Made by a program: the position numbers and the translations under genes. From assembly GCA_026936335.1 (NCBI GenBank), contig JAPMXV010000027.1, forward strand, positions 62,001-126,000: 64,000 nucleotides of DNA, written 5' to 3'. Below, in pieces: positions 42,408 through 53,175 of the stretch. The stretch's first letter is position 1. Every line of letters starts with the position of its first letter. The DNA is from Mantamonas sphyraenae STR306 (Eukaryota > Protista > CRuMs). The notes under the pieces were generated by a model. It searched no databases. It saw nothing but the letters and a program-made list of their open reading frames with translations, and was not told where the DNA came from.

Positions 42408-45400
42408 ATGAGTAGCGAAGTCAGCAGCGTGCGGCTGCCTTTCAGCGTTGTGGAGTGTACATCGGAAGATGATGGGCATCCTGTGTCGGAGCTGACCACA
42501 GGCAACGTATACTCGGCCGGCTGGTGTTCGGCGAAGCTCAGCGACTTTCCGCAACAGGTGGTGCTGAGCTTCGGGGACAAGCCAGTGACGCTGAAACAGC
42601 TGCAAGTTATGTCACACGAAACTATGATTGCCACACGGGTCGATCTGGCCATCGGGACCCCCATTCCTGTGGACGAGCAGGACGAGACGGAGGCCACACA
42701 CAAGTTCAAGCGAATCGGGTAGGTTTCTGACCACAAAAACACCAGTACATACACATGGCGCGGTCAATAGGCGGATTCGTGCGTATGTGCACGTTTTGCC
42801 CCTTGTATGGGCTTCGTCGATGTGTGCATGGGCAAGACGCGACGCTCAGCGTGCGCTCAGCCGTTTTTTGGCGCCAAAGAAAGTTGAATCTGCACGCGCG
42901 CTTGCTGACGCCAAGACGATGGGCACACACACACACGTCCGCACCACAGGTTCTTCCACTTTGGCGACAACGAAAAGACAGAATTCCAGGCGCGGGAGAT
43001 GAAAAGCCTGCACCTGAACCACACGGGAACCATGTTGATGCTTAGTCTGCACAAAAACCACATCAATGAGCACAACCTGTTCTCGCAGGTAGGCCTGGTG
43101 GCCATAAATGCCGTGGGCTACGAGGCTCCGCCAGAGAAACAACGCAGGCTGGTGCGCCAGGCCAATGGACCGGGAGACGACGGCGCAGAGCTGGCCAGCA
43201 AGTACGCAGGCAAGCCATCCACTCTGGAGGACCTTGTGTCGGCGATCGACTTTGACGTGGTCACTTCCGAGCAAATCCGTGAGCTGGAGCGCCAGAAGAA
43301 GATTGCGTCCCAGCAGGAGCGGTACGATGACGCTGCGAATCTGCGCGACGCGATCGTTTACCTGCAAAGCGTGGGCAAGCACCTGGCGCGGCTGGAAAGC
43401 CGCAAGCGCGCAGCTGCCAACTCGGAGGACTTTCACGCGGCCAAGGAACTCAAGATGGAAATCGACTCGCTGCGGGAGCAGGTGGACGCGACAGTCGCCC
43501 AAAAGCTGGGTATCCAAACCCAGCAGGATTATTACAACGAAGGAATCAGCATGGAGCAGCAACAACAGCAGCAACAGCAGCAACCACAGCCACAGCAACA
43601 ACAGAGGCAGAGGCAGGCGATCAGCAAAGTGACCAACATGATGGAGCAGCAAATGATGGAACAACACCAACTCCAGCAACAGCAAGAGACACAGCAGCAA
43701 CAGCACCACCAACAACAGCCACAACAGCAAGTGCAAACGCAGCAGGACCATGATGAGATCCCTATTGGAGGCGGTGGACGAAACCTAGTCGACTACTCGG
43801 CCGTGCAGGCCGGTAGCGACGACGTGCCGATGATCCACGGTGGGCACACGATGGAAGAGCAGCCGCAAGCACGGCAGGTGCAACAGCAGCAACAGCAGGT
43901 GGCACAGAGCCATGACGAAATCCCCATCGGCGGTGGTGGCAAAAACTTGGTGGACTACTCGGCCGTCGAGGCCGGAAGCGACGACGTACCCGTTATCCAC
44001 AACAAGCGAGGAGCTGGCTTGCGTGAAAAGCCCATCAAAGCGCAGAAACAGTCGCAAGAAGGCGCAGAGAGCAGTGTAGACCACGACGAGATTCCGATTG
44101 GGGGCGGAGGCAAGAACCTGGTGGACTACTCTGCCGTGGATGCCGGAAGCGACGACGTGCCGGTGGCATCCAGCAGCAGGGGAGCAGCAAAGGCCAAGGC
44201 GTCGCCAAAGAAGAAGGCTGTGCGAATGGACTTTGGAGGCGCCGGAGGCGGAGGCGGCGCATCCTCGGGTGGCATCACCGGCGGTTCGTCGGCAGCGGAC
44301 CTGGACAATCCGGATCCGATTCCGGGCAGCAAGGCGAAAGAGGTGGAGCCGTGGGTGGGTGTGCTCAACGAGTACGTAGTGCAGTGTCTGCTGTCGAAGA
44401 ATTGGAAGCTGCGCGAGCACGGAGCACAGGAGACGGAGAAGCTGATGAGTCGCAGCAGCGCGTCCAAGGCGTTGGTGCATGAAGTGGTGTGCCAGATCTT
44501 GGTGCAACTCACACAGGATCGCAACGCCATGGTGTGTGTGGCAGCCATGCAGCTTTTGGACTCGCTGGCGGCGGGCGTGAGCCAAAAGCTGAGCAAGAAA
44601 GAGGTGCAGACCGACATGGAACCAGTGCTGCCGCATTTGGTGGCCAAGTTGGGTGACAATAACCCCAAGGTGCGCAATGCAGCAGAGTCCACGCTGCTGG
44701 ATCTGGCTGCACACAGCAACGTGGGCTGCAAAATGGTGGCTGCCATGACGCTTCGCAAGATGAAGAGTATGAGCTCACCCAAGCCCGTGCAGGGCCGCCT
44801 GTCGCTGTTGGAGAAGCTGGTGCCCGAGTACGGGTTGGACAACGAGCACGGCCTGGGTACGGACACCCTGATGGACTTTCTGCTCAAGTGTTTCGACCAC
44901 GCAAACGCACAGGTGCGCAAGGGGGCGCAGAACGTGACGCTAAAAGTGTACGCCATCATTGGCCCGCAGGTCATGCCATACCTGGACAAGCTGAAGCCTG
45001 CCCTTCTGGAGAAGTTGAACGCAGCCATGGAGAACATGGAGGTGGGAGGCGGGAAGAAGACCACCTCCTCCGCCTCGTCCAGTGGCGCGGCCAAAGCCAA
45101 GGCCAACAAGCGAGCTGGAGCGTCCAAAGCTGCCTCAAGCTCAGGCCGCAAGGAAGAGGACAAAGACAAAGAAACGAAAGCCGGATCGACTGGGAGGAGG
45201 AAACGCGGCGAGGAACCGGGAAGCAAACCCAAAGCGAGGGCAGGGACCAGGAAGAAGAGGCAGGAGGAGGAGGAGGATTCCAGCGAGGATGATGAGGACG
45301 ACGAGGAAGAGGAACAAGTGGTGGTGCGCAAGAAGCGCAGCAACAAGCCGCGGCGGGACAGCGGCGACGAAGGCAGCCAAGGGTCGCGCTCTTCCATTGA

Positions 45401-46226
45401 CGCTGGCAAGGGGATCAACATCAACATCAATGTGTACGGTGGCGGAGGCGTAGATGGAGGTGGAAGGGCGTCGCCACAGTCTGCGGTTGTGCAGGCAAGC
45501 AGCTCAAGCACGAGCAGCAGCACGAGCAGCACGAGTTCAGACATGCGAGGCAGTGTGAACCGCAGCACCAGCCTGAGGAGAGTGATTCCACAGCAACAGC
45601 AGCAACAGCAGCAACAACAGCAACAGCAAGGGAACAAGAACACCAAGGAATTGCAGGAACCGTTGGAGTCGCCCATTGCCAAGGTCAACACCCCGAGGCG
45701 AGAGATGATCAACGACAGCGAAATGGACGCGGGAGAACTGGTGGATGGGGAGGACGAACTGATCGCTCTGGACGACAAGACTTGCCAATTCTGTGGCGAG
45801 CATGATGAGGGCTTTGACAAGGACAAGCTGTATCTGCATTTTTGGAAGCGTTGCCCCATGCTCACGAGCTGTCAGCACTGTACACAGATTGTGGAAATTC
45901 CGTACCTGAACGAACACTACCTTTCGGAGTGTGAGAGCGGCACCAGCTTCCAGCAGTGCCCCAGGTGTCGCCAGGCCATCCCGTTGACCCAGTACGACCG
46001 ACACGTACGCACCAAGGTGTGCAAGCCAGCCAAGAGCGCGTCGGGCTTTGTGCGCTGTCCTTTGTGCGAGGAGGATTTGCCTCTGAACAGCAGTGACGAG
46101 CAGCAGATGTGGCGCAAGCATCTGATGACCAAGGACGGCTGTGCCAAGAACCCGCGAATCCAGGGCACCCAGCAGCCCAAGAAGCGCGAGAGCAGGCTCA
46201 AGCGGCCGACCAAGGTCAAGCGGTGA
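42408..46226 (+). CDS. CEP104: Centrosomal/ciliary tip protein CEP104 (jelly-roll, coiled coil, TOG domain, zinc-finger array); 2 exons (42408-42718, 42950-46226)
   Basis: TSEDDGHPVSEL, GWCS..FPQ, spliced FKRIG/FFHFGDNEKTEFQAREMKS, NEHNLFSQVGLVAIN, TOG SKNWKLRE, CQFCGEHD...LHFWKRCPMLTSC. Intron 42719-42949. Confidence 0.92.
43749..44162 (+). repeat. Three copies of a 27-aa coding repeat in CEP104 (43749-43829, 43911-43991, 44082-44162)
   Basis: HDEIPIGGGG[RK]NLVDYSAV[QED]AGSDDVP x3, with many synonymous differences between copies. Confidence 0.9.
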
Positions 46227-47295
46227 ACGCGAGGCACGGTGGGCCGTCGACAACACGTGGCGGCGGATTGTCCAAAAGATGGTACTTCTCTGTCATTCGG
46301 ATGTTGCGCCAGCGATTGAAGAGTGTTTGGACAGTGGTGATGATCCAGTAGATTGCGATCAGGGAGCCAGCGCCGTAGACGGTGATTTCCGTGAGCTTGA
46401 CCAGGCAGAAACAGGCAATGAATACAGTCACGGAGATTCCCATGTGAAGCCAGTGGGAACACAGGCCAATGACAGCCGAAGCAGCGGCCGCCATGAAGTG
46501 CGTTTTGGGTTGCAGGCGCCCCTCGACGTGGAGAATCCACATGCCAATCTGGCCTGCGATTTGGACAGCAAAGAGAATAAAGGTGAAAAACTCCCGATAC
46601 TGCGCTCCAGGGATGTAGGCGAGGCCAATGAGGCCACAGGCGATGGCGAGGACGATCAAGAGGGCGACAAACATCGAGGTGTAGGAGTCGAGGAAAACAA
46701 AGTAGCGGTCTGCCAGCACCGCCACCACCAAATACACAGAAAACTTGATGCCATACTCCCTGATGACATCTGCCCACGGGTCGAGGAACACCAGGAGGAC
46801 GAAAGAGAACAGGAACGGCCACCACGACCCGCCGTAGTTGAGGGCGTAGTACACAGACGCGTTGGCCACCATGCAATGCACGACTGAGCGCACAAGGTTG
46901 TTGATCTCAGAGGGGTACAGAGGAAGCGTTTTGTCAAAGGGAGACTCGTGCACAGAGATGGCCTCCTGGTGCGCCTTGGCAAGGCGGGCAAGATATTGTG
47001 GAATCGCCGCTTTGCCGCGCAGCCGTTTGTCAATGCCGACAGCTTCCAAATGAGGACTTTTCTGTGCTGCCACGCGTTGCATCTGCTTGAGGATGAGTTC
47101 CCAGGCAGGGCTGGCGTCCGTGATGCGGTGAAGGCGGTGACATGTGGCTCCCAGCTTGGCCAGCGAGCACGGGTGGTGTCGCAGGTGCATGCAAATGCGT
47201 GCCAGCACCTCGTCGGGAAGAAAAACCAGATGCGAGCCATCGAAATCCTGGTCCGACCACTCCTCCGACAGGGTGTGCTGCAGGGATGGCTTCAT
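46216..47295 (-). CDS. F-box + multi-pass membrane domain protein, paralogue 1
   Basis: EEWSDQD...LVFLPDEVLARICMHL...SLAKLGATCHRLHRI....AW, followed by about 7-8 hydrophobic segments. Confidence 0.8.
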   Translation of the reverse strand: MKPSLQHTLSEEWSDQDFDGSHLVFLPDEVLARICMHLRHHPCSLAKLGATCHRLHRITDASPAWELILKQMQRVAAQKSPHLEAVGIDKRLRGKAAIPQYLARLAKAHQEAISVHESPFDKTLPLYPSEINNLVRSVVHCMVANASVYYALNYGGSWWPFLFSFVLLVFLDPWADVIREYGIKFSVYLVVAVLADRYFVFLDSYTSMFVALLIVLAIACGLIGLAYIPGAQYREFFTFILFAVQIAGQIGMWILHVEGRLQPKTHFMAAAASAVIGLCSHWLHMGISVTVFIACFCLVKLTEITVYGAGSLIAIYWIITTVQTLFNRWRNIRMTEKYHLLDNPPPRVVDGPPCLAFTA

Positions 47296-47413
47296 TCCCG
47301 GTTTGTGTCTCGTGGCAGTCGGTTCTCCTGGTGCCGCTGGGGTGCATTCCAATTCTCCATGTTGGACCAGATATCTGGTCGTCATTGCCAAAAGAGCTCT
47401 TTTCATTTCCCCG

Positions 47414-48475
47414 CTAGAACACCATGCACGGACGCTCGTCCAGGAAGCGGGGGTCCGGGAAAATTTCATCCGCACGCTTGGTCTCCTTTGCCATGTCATC
47501 GAGACGTCCCCGCCCGTGCTTCATCACAGACCAGAACGCATAGACTCCGGGAGCAGAAACAAGCAGATGAGGCTGATTGAAACACAGGCTGATGAGCATG
47601 GCGGCAGAGGAGGCCACCAAAGCGATGAGGCCCAGCCACCACTTGCGCAGGTATGCTGCGCCCCCACACATGGTCTGGATCACCAGTGACAAGGGTCTCC
47701 ACACCAAGCCATACACAGTGAGGATCTCCAGGTAGAACGCCAGTGCAGAGACGCCGCAAATCACCAACCAATCCCACAAGTTGTCCAGCCTGTTGGTTTG
47801 CTTCCATTCCGCGCCCACAACGCCAAGTGCACCCAGCAGCGCAATGGTCACACTCACAAGCAGCATGTCCCTGCTGCCGAGCGACGGAAAGCTGCAATGG
47901 GCCAGGAGCGAGACGGCAACAAACGCCCCTGGAACGACAGTGAAGTCCCTGACAGAGACTCGAAACGGAGAGGTGGTAGCCAAGAGGATGGGAGAGGCGA
48001 CCAAGGGCCAATACGACCCGTTTTCTGTGCTGGCGAAATGGACGGCCCAGTTTGCGCCGAGAAAGTGGAGAAGGGAGTGCAGGAGCCACACCACATCCCT
48101 CGCAAAGAGAGGCAAGGGAACCGTGAACACATATTCGGGGCTCTGTACAGTGTACTGCTGTCGGAGGCGAGCACAGGCTTCGGCAATGGTGCGGCGCACC
48201 TGGTCTGCGCAAGGTTTGCCCCGCACTCGCGGCCGCTGGATGTGTTCACTCTGCAATTCCGGGTGCACGCGTGTCACATGCACATACTGCTCTGCAATGG
48301 CTTCCCATGCCTCACTTTCGTCCACGATGCGATGCAGACGCCGACAAGTGGCTCCCAAGCGGGCGAGCGAGATTGGATGCCGTTCCAAGTGGCTGCACAC
48401 ATTCAGCAGCACCTCTTCTGGCAGAAACACAAACGCAGACGTACGCTCGTCTTGCAATGCCCACTCGTTCTCCAT
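47414..48475 (-). CDS. F-box + multi-pass membrane domain protein, paralogue 2
   Basis: MENEWALQD...FVFLPEEVLLNVCSHL...SLARLGATCRRLHRIV...EAW. TM region starts HFLGANWAVHFASTENGSYWPL. Confidence 0.8.
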   Translation of the reverse strand: MENEWALQDERTSAFVFLPEEVLLNVCSHLERHPISLARLGATCRRLHRIVDESEAWEAIAEQYVHVTRVHPELQSEHIQRPRVRGKPCADQVRRTIAEACARLRQQYTVQSPEYVFTVPLPLFARDVVWLLHSLLHFLGANWAVHFASTENGSYWPLVASPILLATTSPFRVSVRDFTVVPGAFVAVSLLAHCSFPSLGSRDMLLVSVTIALLGALGVVGAEWKQTNRLDNLWDWLVICGVSALAFYLEILTVYGLVWRPLSLVIQTMCGGAAYLRKWWLGLIALVASSAAMLISLCFNQPHLLVSAPGVYAFWSVMKHGRGRLDDMAKETKRADEIFPDPRFLDERPCMVF

Positions 48476-48567
48476 GGGGTGTGTAAAACCCAGACTGGAC
48501 CCGAGTCGAGGGATGTTCTTTTGTTGTTGTTTCGCTGCCCCTGCTCTCGCATGCCACACACTCTCTC

Positions 48568-49707
48568 TCAGTCTCTCTTTTTGCGAAGCGACTTTGCACG
48601 CTCGGAACGTCGCTTGCGCAACCATTCGTGATTGTCTGTGGTGGCCTTGACGTAGGGCGGCTCGTCGGAAAACTCGGGCATGGGCAGGAGTTCCAGGAGC
48701 TTCTCTGCGTGTGCTTGCCACCTGCGCCGCCTCTCCCACCACCAGTGAGCCAAATAGTACGCAAAGACGGCATGAGGCACGGTGGTCAGAGCATACATGG
48801 CCTGGCCGGAGAAGTAGGTTGGCGAGAAACCAATGACAAAACCGAGTGCAGCAAAGGCCACCGACCACCATGTGATCCATAGGGCGGGAAGGAGCAGGGC
48901 CACAAACATCCATCGATGGGTGAAGGCACTGATGACATCGTAGGCCTCCAGCACCCACAGGAGCAGGTTGACGACAAAGAGCGCCGACACGGTGTGCCCC
49001 TCCTGCTTCTCCTTCCATTGATTGCCCTCTGCGTGCGCCAACTCGACAAAGAACCACAGAATGACTTGGAGCACAAAGAGTAGGAGCACCAGAGGCACGA
49101 CGTGAGCGGCCACGCGTGCGTAGGTGTCGAGCAACCAGCCCAGCAGGGCATAGACTGCCAGTGCGGATAGTTGGTTGACCCCAAGGGGCAATACGTCGTA
49201 CATGGGCACCAGGATGACCAGTGACGTCACCAGAGGCCACCAGCTGCCATCCCAGGCCGTGGCCCACCACACAGCCGCGTTCCCGGCCACAAAGTGCGCC
49301 AGCATCGTCCACGGCATGTGTTTGTGTTCGTTGCTCTGTATCACGTCAGGCACGCCGCCAGCCTGGTCCCTCAGTCCGTTCTTGCATCGCTCCCTGATTT
49401 CGTTGCGTTCCCGCTCCCGAAGCCGTCGCAACGCCTCCCGCCTCTCTTCCGCCCCTGCGCGCCCTCTGGTGCGCACCTGCAGTCCCGACGGATCCATACT
49501 CAATCCACATGTTTCGTAAGCCCGTGACACAGAGTCCCACGCTTCGCTCTGTGCAACCACACGCCGCAGCCGTCGGCAAGTTCCGCCGAATCGCTCCAAC
49601 GACATGGGCGAGCACCGCAGCTGCATGCACACCTGCTCCAGCACCTCGTCGGGTAGAAACACCAACGCACACGTCTCCTCGTCCTGCTCCGCCCAATCCT
49701 CCTCCAT
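48568..49707 (-). CDS. F-box + multi-pass membrane domain protein, paralogue 3
   Basis: MEEDWAEQD...LVFLPDEVLEQVCMQL...SLERFGGTCRRLRRVV...EAW. TM region starts HFVAGNAAVWWATAWDGSWWPL. Confidence 0.8.
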   Translation of the reverse strand: MEEDWAEQDEETCALVFLPDEVLEQVCMQLRCSPMSLERFGGTCRRLRRVVAQSEAWDSVSRAYETCGLSMDPSGLQVRTRGRAGAEERREALRRLRERERNEIRERCKNGLRDQAGGVPDVIQSNEHKHMPWTMLAHFVAGNAAVWWATAWDGSWWPLVTSLVILVPMYDVLPLGVNQLSALAVYALLGWLLDTYARVAAHVVPLVLLLFVLQVILWFFVELAHAEGNQWKEKQEGHTVSALFVVNLLLWVLEAYDVISAFTHRWMFVALLLPALWITWWSVAFAALGFVIGFSPTYFSGQAMYALTTVPHAVFAYYLAHWWWERRRRWQAHAEKLLELLPMPEFSDEPPYVKATTDNHEWLRKRRSERAKSLRKKRD

Positions 49708-49756
49708 CACACGGTGTTTGCAGCGGGGCGTTTGTTTCGGTTTGTAGTGCCACACA

Positions 49757-51430
49757 TCACGCGTCGTCCCCATTCAGCATCCTCTTCAACACTGCCTGCA
49801 ACACCACTCCGTTGGCCCTTCCGCCACTCTTGGCCATCACCTTGCCCACAAAGAAGCCAAACAGCTTGTGCTTGCCCTGCCTGTACTCTTGCAGCTTGTC
49901 GTTGTGGTCTGCCAGCACCTGCTCGCACCACACCTGCAACTCGCCCTCGTCACTCACTTGCTCCATGCCCATCTGCTTCACCAGCGCACGCACGTCTTCC
50001 ACCTTTCCTGCCTGCTGCCCGACGCACATTTCCTCCAACACCAACTTGACCTGCTTGCCACTGATCACCTCCTCCTCCCACAACGACACCAGCTGTGCCA
50101 TGCGTTTGCTGTCCACAGGCGACGCAGCCAAATCCAGCATTTCTGCGTTCAGATGTCCCATCAGCTCGCTCATGATCAGGTTGTTGACGCGTGTGGCGTC
50201 TGCCTCTGGCACCGCTGCCATCACCTCTTCAAAGTACTCGCTGGCATGGTTCTCGTTCACCAACACACGTGCGCTGTGTGTGCTCAGTCCATACTGCGCC
50301 TCCAGCCGTGCACGCCGTGCTTCGGGCAATTCCGGCAGCGTGGCACGCACCCGCTCCACCCACTCTGGGCCAATGTCCAGCGGAAGCAGATCCGGTTCGG
50401 GGAAGAATCGATAATCCGCCGCACTCTCCTTGTCACGCATGGGTGCGGTGACCATGCGCACGGCGTCGAACAGCAACGTCTGTTGGGCCACCTCGCCTCC
50501 TGCCTCCAACACCTCGATTTGTCGTGCACACTCGTACTCAATGGCCTTTTGCACGTGTCGGATGCTGTTCAGATTCTTGATTTCCGTCCGTGTTCCAAAC
50601 GGCGCCCCCGGCCGTCGCACACTCACGTTGACGTCGCAACGCAACGACCCCTTTTCCATGTCCCCGTCACAGGTTCCCACTGCACGCAACAGGGCCTGCA
50701 CACCCTTTACATACGCCCCTGCTTCTGCGGCTGTGCGCATGTCCGCTTCCGACACGAGTTCCATCAGCGCCATGCCCGCTCGGTTGAGATCAATAAATGT
50801 AAAGTGGTCGTGTTGCTCGTGCATGCTCTTGCCACTGTCCTGCTCCAGGCATACATGCGATACACGCACACGCTTCTCCCGCGTGTCTTGGGGTCGCTTG
50901 CCTGCCTGTACACTCACCTGCACCGCCCCGCCGAGCAACACGGGCGTGCGCGCCTGCGTGATCTGGTACCCCTGCGGCAGATCCACGTAAAAGTAGTGTT
51001 TCCGGTCAAAGTACGACCGTGGCGACACAGTGCTCCCCAGAGCCAGTCCCGTCTTGATGGCTGCCTCCACACACGCGCTATTGGCCACGGGCAGAGTGCC
51101 GGGGAGTGCCATGTCCACGCGCGACACTCGCGAGTTGGGCAGCGCCGCAAAGGCCGTCTCGGTGTCCGAGAACAGCTTGGAATGTGCCTTCACCTGTGCG
51201 TGGATTTCAATCCCAATCACCGGTTCCCACTCTCCCGTGCTTCCCGCCACCAAGTGTCCTCCGCGTGCATAGAACGCAGCCGTGTCCGCATGCTCGCTCC
51301 TCTCGTCCAGCTCCTGCGGCACCAGCGTGTGTGCTGCTGCTGTCTGGTCACACTCCCTGTGCCCTCTCGCCGTCCACTTCCACCTCGACACCGACGCCTG
51401 CCGTGCCACACCGCCCGACCGGCCAAACAT
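49757..51430 (-). CDS. GATB: Mitochondrial Glu-tRNA(Gln) amidotransferase subunit B (GatB/PET112)
   Basis: VIGIEIHAQ, DMALPGTLP, FDRKHYFYVDLPQGYQITQ, LEQDSGKS, LRCDVNVSV, RTEIKNLNS, DYRFFPEPDL. Arg-rich presequence. Confidence 0.95.
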   Translation of the reverse strand: MFGRSGGVARQASVSRWKWTARGHRECDQTAAAHTLVPQELDERSEHADTAAFYARGGHLVAGSTGEWEPVIGIEIHAQVKAHSKLFSDTETAFAALPNSRVSRVDMALPGTLPVANSACVEAAIKTGLALGSTVSPRSYFDRKHYFYVDLPQGYQITQARTPVLLGGAVQVSVQAGKRPQDTREKRVRVSHVCLEQDSGKSMHEQHDHFTFIDLNRAGMALMELVSEADMRTAAEAGAYVKGVQALLRAVGTCDGDMEKGSLRCDVNVSVRRPGAPFGTRTEIKNLNSIRHVQKAIEYECARQIEVLEAGGEVAQQTLLFDAVRMVTAPMRDKESAADYRFFPEPDLLPLDIGPEWVERVRATLPELPEARRARLEAQYGLSTHSARVLVNENHASEYFEEVMAAVPEADATRVNNLIMSELMGHLNAEMLDLAASPVDSKRMAQLVSLWEEEVISGKQVKLVLEEMCVGQQAGKVEDVRALVKQMGMEQVSDEGELQVWCEQVLADHNDKLQEYRQGKHKLFGFFVGKVMAKSGGRANGVVLQAVLKRMLNGDDA

Positions 51431-51471
51431 GGAGAGGTTGCTGTGTGCTGAGCAGCGCGGCAGCCCGACCA
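51431..51471. promoter_or_regulatory. 41-nt spacer between divergent GatB and Nup58-like start codons
   Basis: GatB has no other in-frame Met before its conserved domain. Nup58-like ATG is at 51472. Inferred from geometry only. Confidence 0.4.
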
Positions 51472-53175
51472 ATGACCTCACGCTTTGGCCGCTCTCGCAC
51501 CAGCGGCAGCTCGTCATCGCGCTCCAGCGGAAGCACGCGCTCGGGGTTTGGCAGCCGCAGCAGCAGGGACAAGGACAAGGATAAGGACAAGGACAAGGAC
51601 GACAGCGACGACGAGAAGAAGAGCAGCAGCACGCGCCGAGCCGGCGGCTTTGGCGCGCGCCGCTCCTCCCTGGGCAGGGACAAAGACAAGGACAAAGACA
51701 AGGATAAGGACGGCAGCGACGATGAAGGCGACAAGAAAAAGACGGGCAGCAGCCGGTGGGGATCGCGACGCTCTTCCCTAGGCTCCTCCTCCAGGAAGGA
51801 GAGCAGCGACGTCAAACGAGGCGTCACAAACCACAATGTGCAGATGACCACCAAGTATGAGGACCTACCCGACGACTGGAAGGATTCCATCCGCGACTTT
51901 GAGTAGGTTTGGTTGGTGGCCCCTCCTGCCTGTGGCCTGTGTGCAGTGCGTGGAGCTCCCAGCTTTGCTCCACGTCCGGCCTGATCCGCTCACCCACAGA
52001 CCACACCCGCGCGCACCCGCAGCTACGAGGTGTCCAAGTTTCGTATTGCCCTCGCAGACATTGACAAGGAGGAGACGACGCCCGAGAACGTGCCCACCAT
52101 GCTTATGGACGTCAGCAAGGACACCGACGCAAAGATGAAGGTGCGTCGTGCATTTTTTGGCGCCCAAGTTCGCCCCTCCTCACACGGACGCGCTGTATCC
52201 CCCTCCCCACACCACCACACTCACTCACTCCTTCACTCGTATGCCGGTGCATGCCATGGCTCTGTCCCCACACAGAAACTGACGTCCATCCTGAATGCCA
52301 TCACCATGGAACGCAGCGCGATCACCGCGCTGCACAAGGAAGTGACGCAGGAGCTGCGCAACGCAGACATTGTGCGACGGGAGCTGGAGTATTTGTCAAA
52401 CAGCAGCAGTCTGGCAGCCACGTACCTGTCGTCGAACCATCTGCCCACGCCGTACTTCTGGTCGCTGCTGGAGCGATTTGAGAAGCGGCTGGAGGAGTAT
52501 GCAAAGACGATTGCGGAGCTCAGCGAGCTGTTGGAGCCTGTGGAGCACGAGGCATTCACACCGCAAATGTTGGAGAAGATTGTGCACAACGAACACGAGT
52601 ACTTTCTGGCCACGGCATCACTGGTGGGTACAGTGCACGAGGAGGTGCAGAATGCCAAGGAGCACTTTATCAAGCATGTCAAACCCAAAGCAGGCTTCTT
52701 TGACGACGAAGAGCAACGCACACAGCGCTTGGAACAGTTCCGCACCAAACAAAAGGACATGCTGTCACAGGAGCGCTATCTGCAGAACCTGATCTTCCCC
52801 AACGGCACGCCGGCCGAGGAGCGCCAACGTGAGGAGGAGGAGAAGGCGTACAGCGGACGCAGCGGCAGTCGATGGGGGGCGTCGCGGTCGTCTGCAGGGG
52901 GCAGTCGCTTCGGCGCATCGCGTGCAAGTCGCTCGGGCAGCAGCAGCGGCAGCAGCGGCAGCGGCAGCCGCTTTGGACGCTCGCGGGCTGACGAGAAGAA
53001 GGATGAGGAGGAAGGAGGCAGCAGACGCAGTTCCCTCTCCAGGCGGACCACCCGTTCCAGCAGTGACTCCAGTGCAGGACGCCGCTCAAACCTGCGCGTC
53101 GACACGGGCAACCGCACGGGCACGTTCAGCCGAGGCTCCAGCCGTACCAGTGGCAGCAGCCGCTTTGGGCGTTGA
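51472..53175 (+). CDS. NUP58: Nucleoporin Nup58/Nup49-like central-channel protein with atypical charged FG/WG tails; 3 exons (51472-51902, 52023-52140, 52276-53175)
   Basis: Coiled-coil core TKYEDLPDDWKDSIRDF..., PTPYFWSLLERFEKRLEEYAKTIAEL, TPQMLEKIV....EYFLATASLVGTVHEEVQNAKEHF resembles the Nup58 pattern. FG motifs on both sides. Introns 51903-52022 and 52141-52275 are canonical. Confidence 0.7.

Noticed and set aside
4911-45630. Trinucleotide and short tandem runs (TCG, GAC, CAG, AGCAACAGT) as CRISPR arrays or satellites
   Set aside because: All lie in frame and encode poly-Ser, poly-Asp or poly-Gln linkers. There is no repeat-spacer structure and no cas genes.
48476-49312. N-terminal extension of ORF 47414-49312 (632 aa)
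   Set aside because: It overlaps paralogue 3 in another frame. Alignment of the paralogues places the real start at MENEW (48475).
51472-51830. Codon reassignment as the cause of the Arg-rich FG region
   Set aside because: The same CGN codons encode conserved Arg in BMS1 (KRHRW), GatB and the BEACH protein, so the standard code holds.
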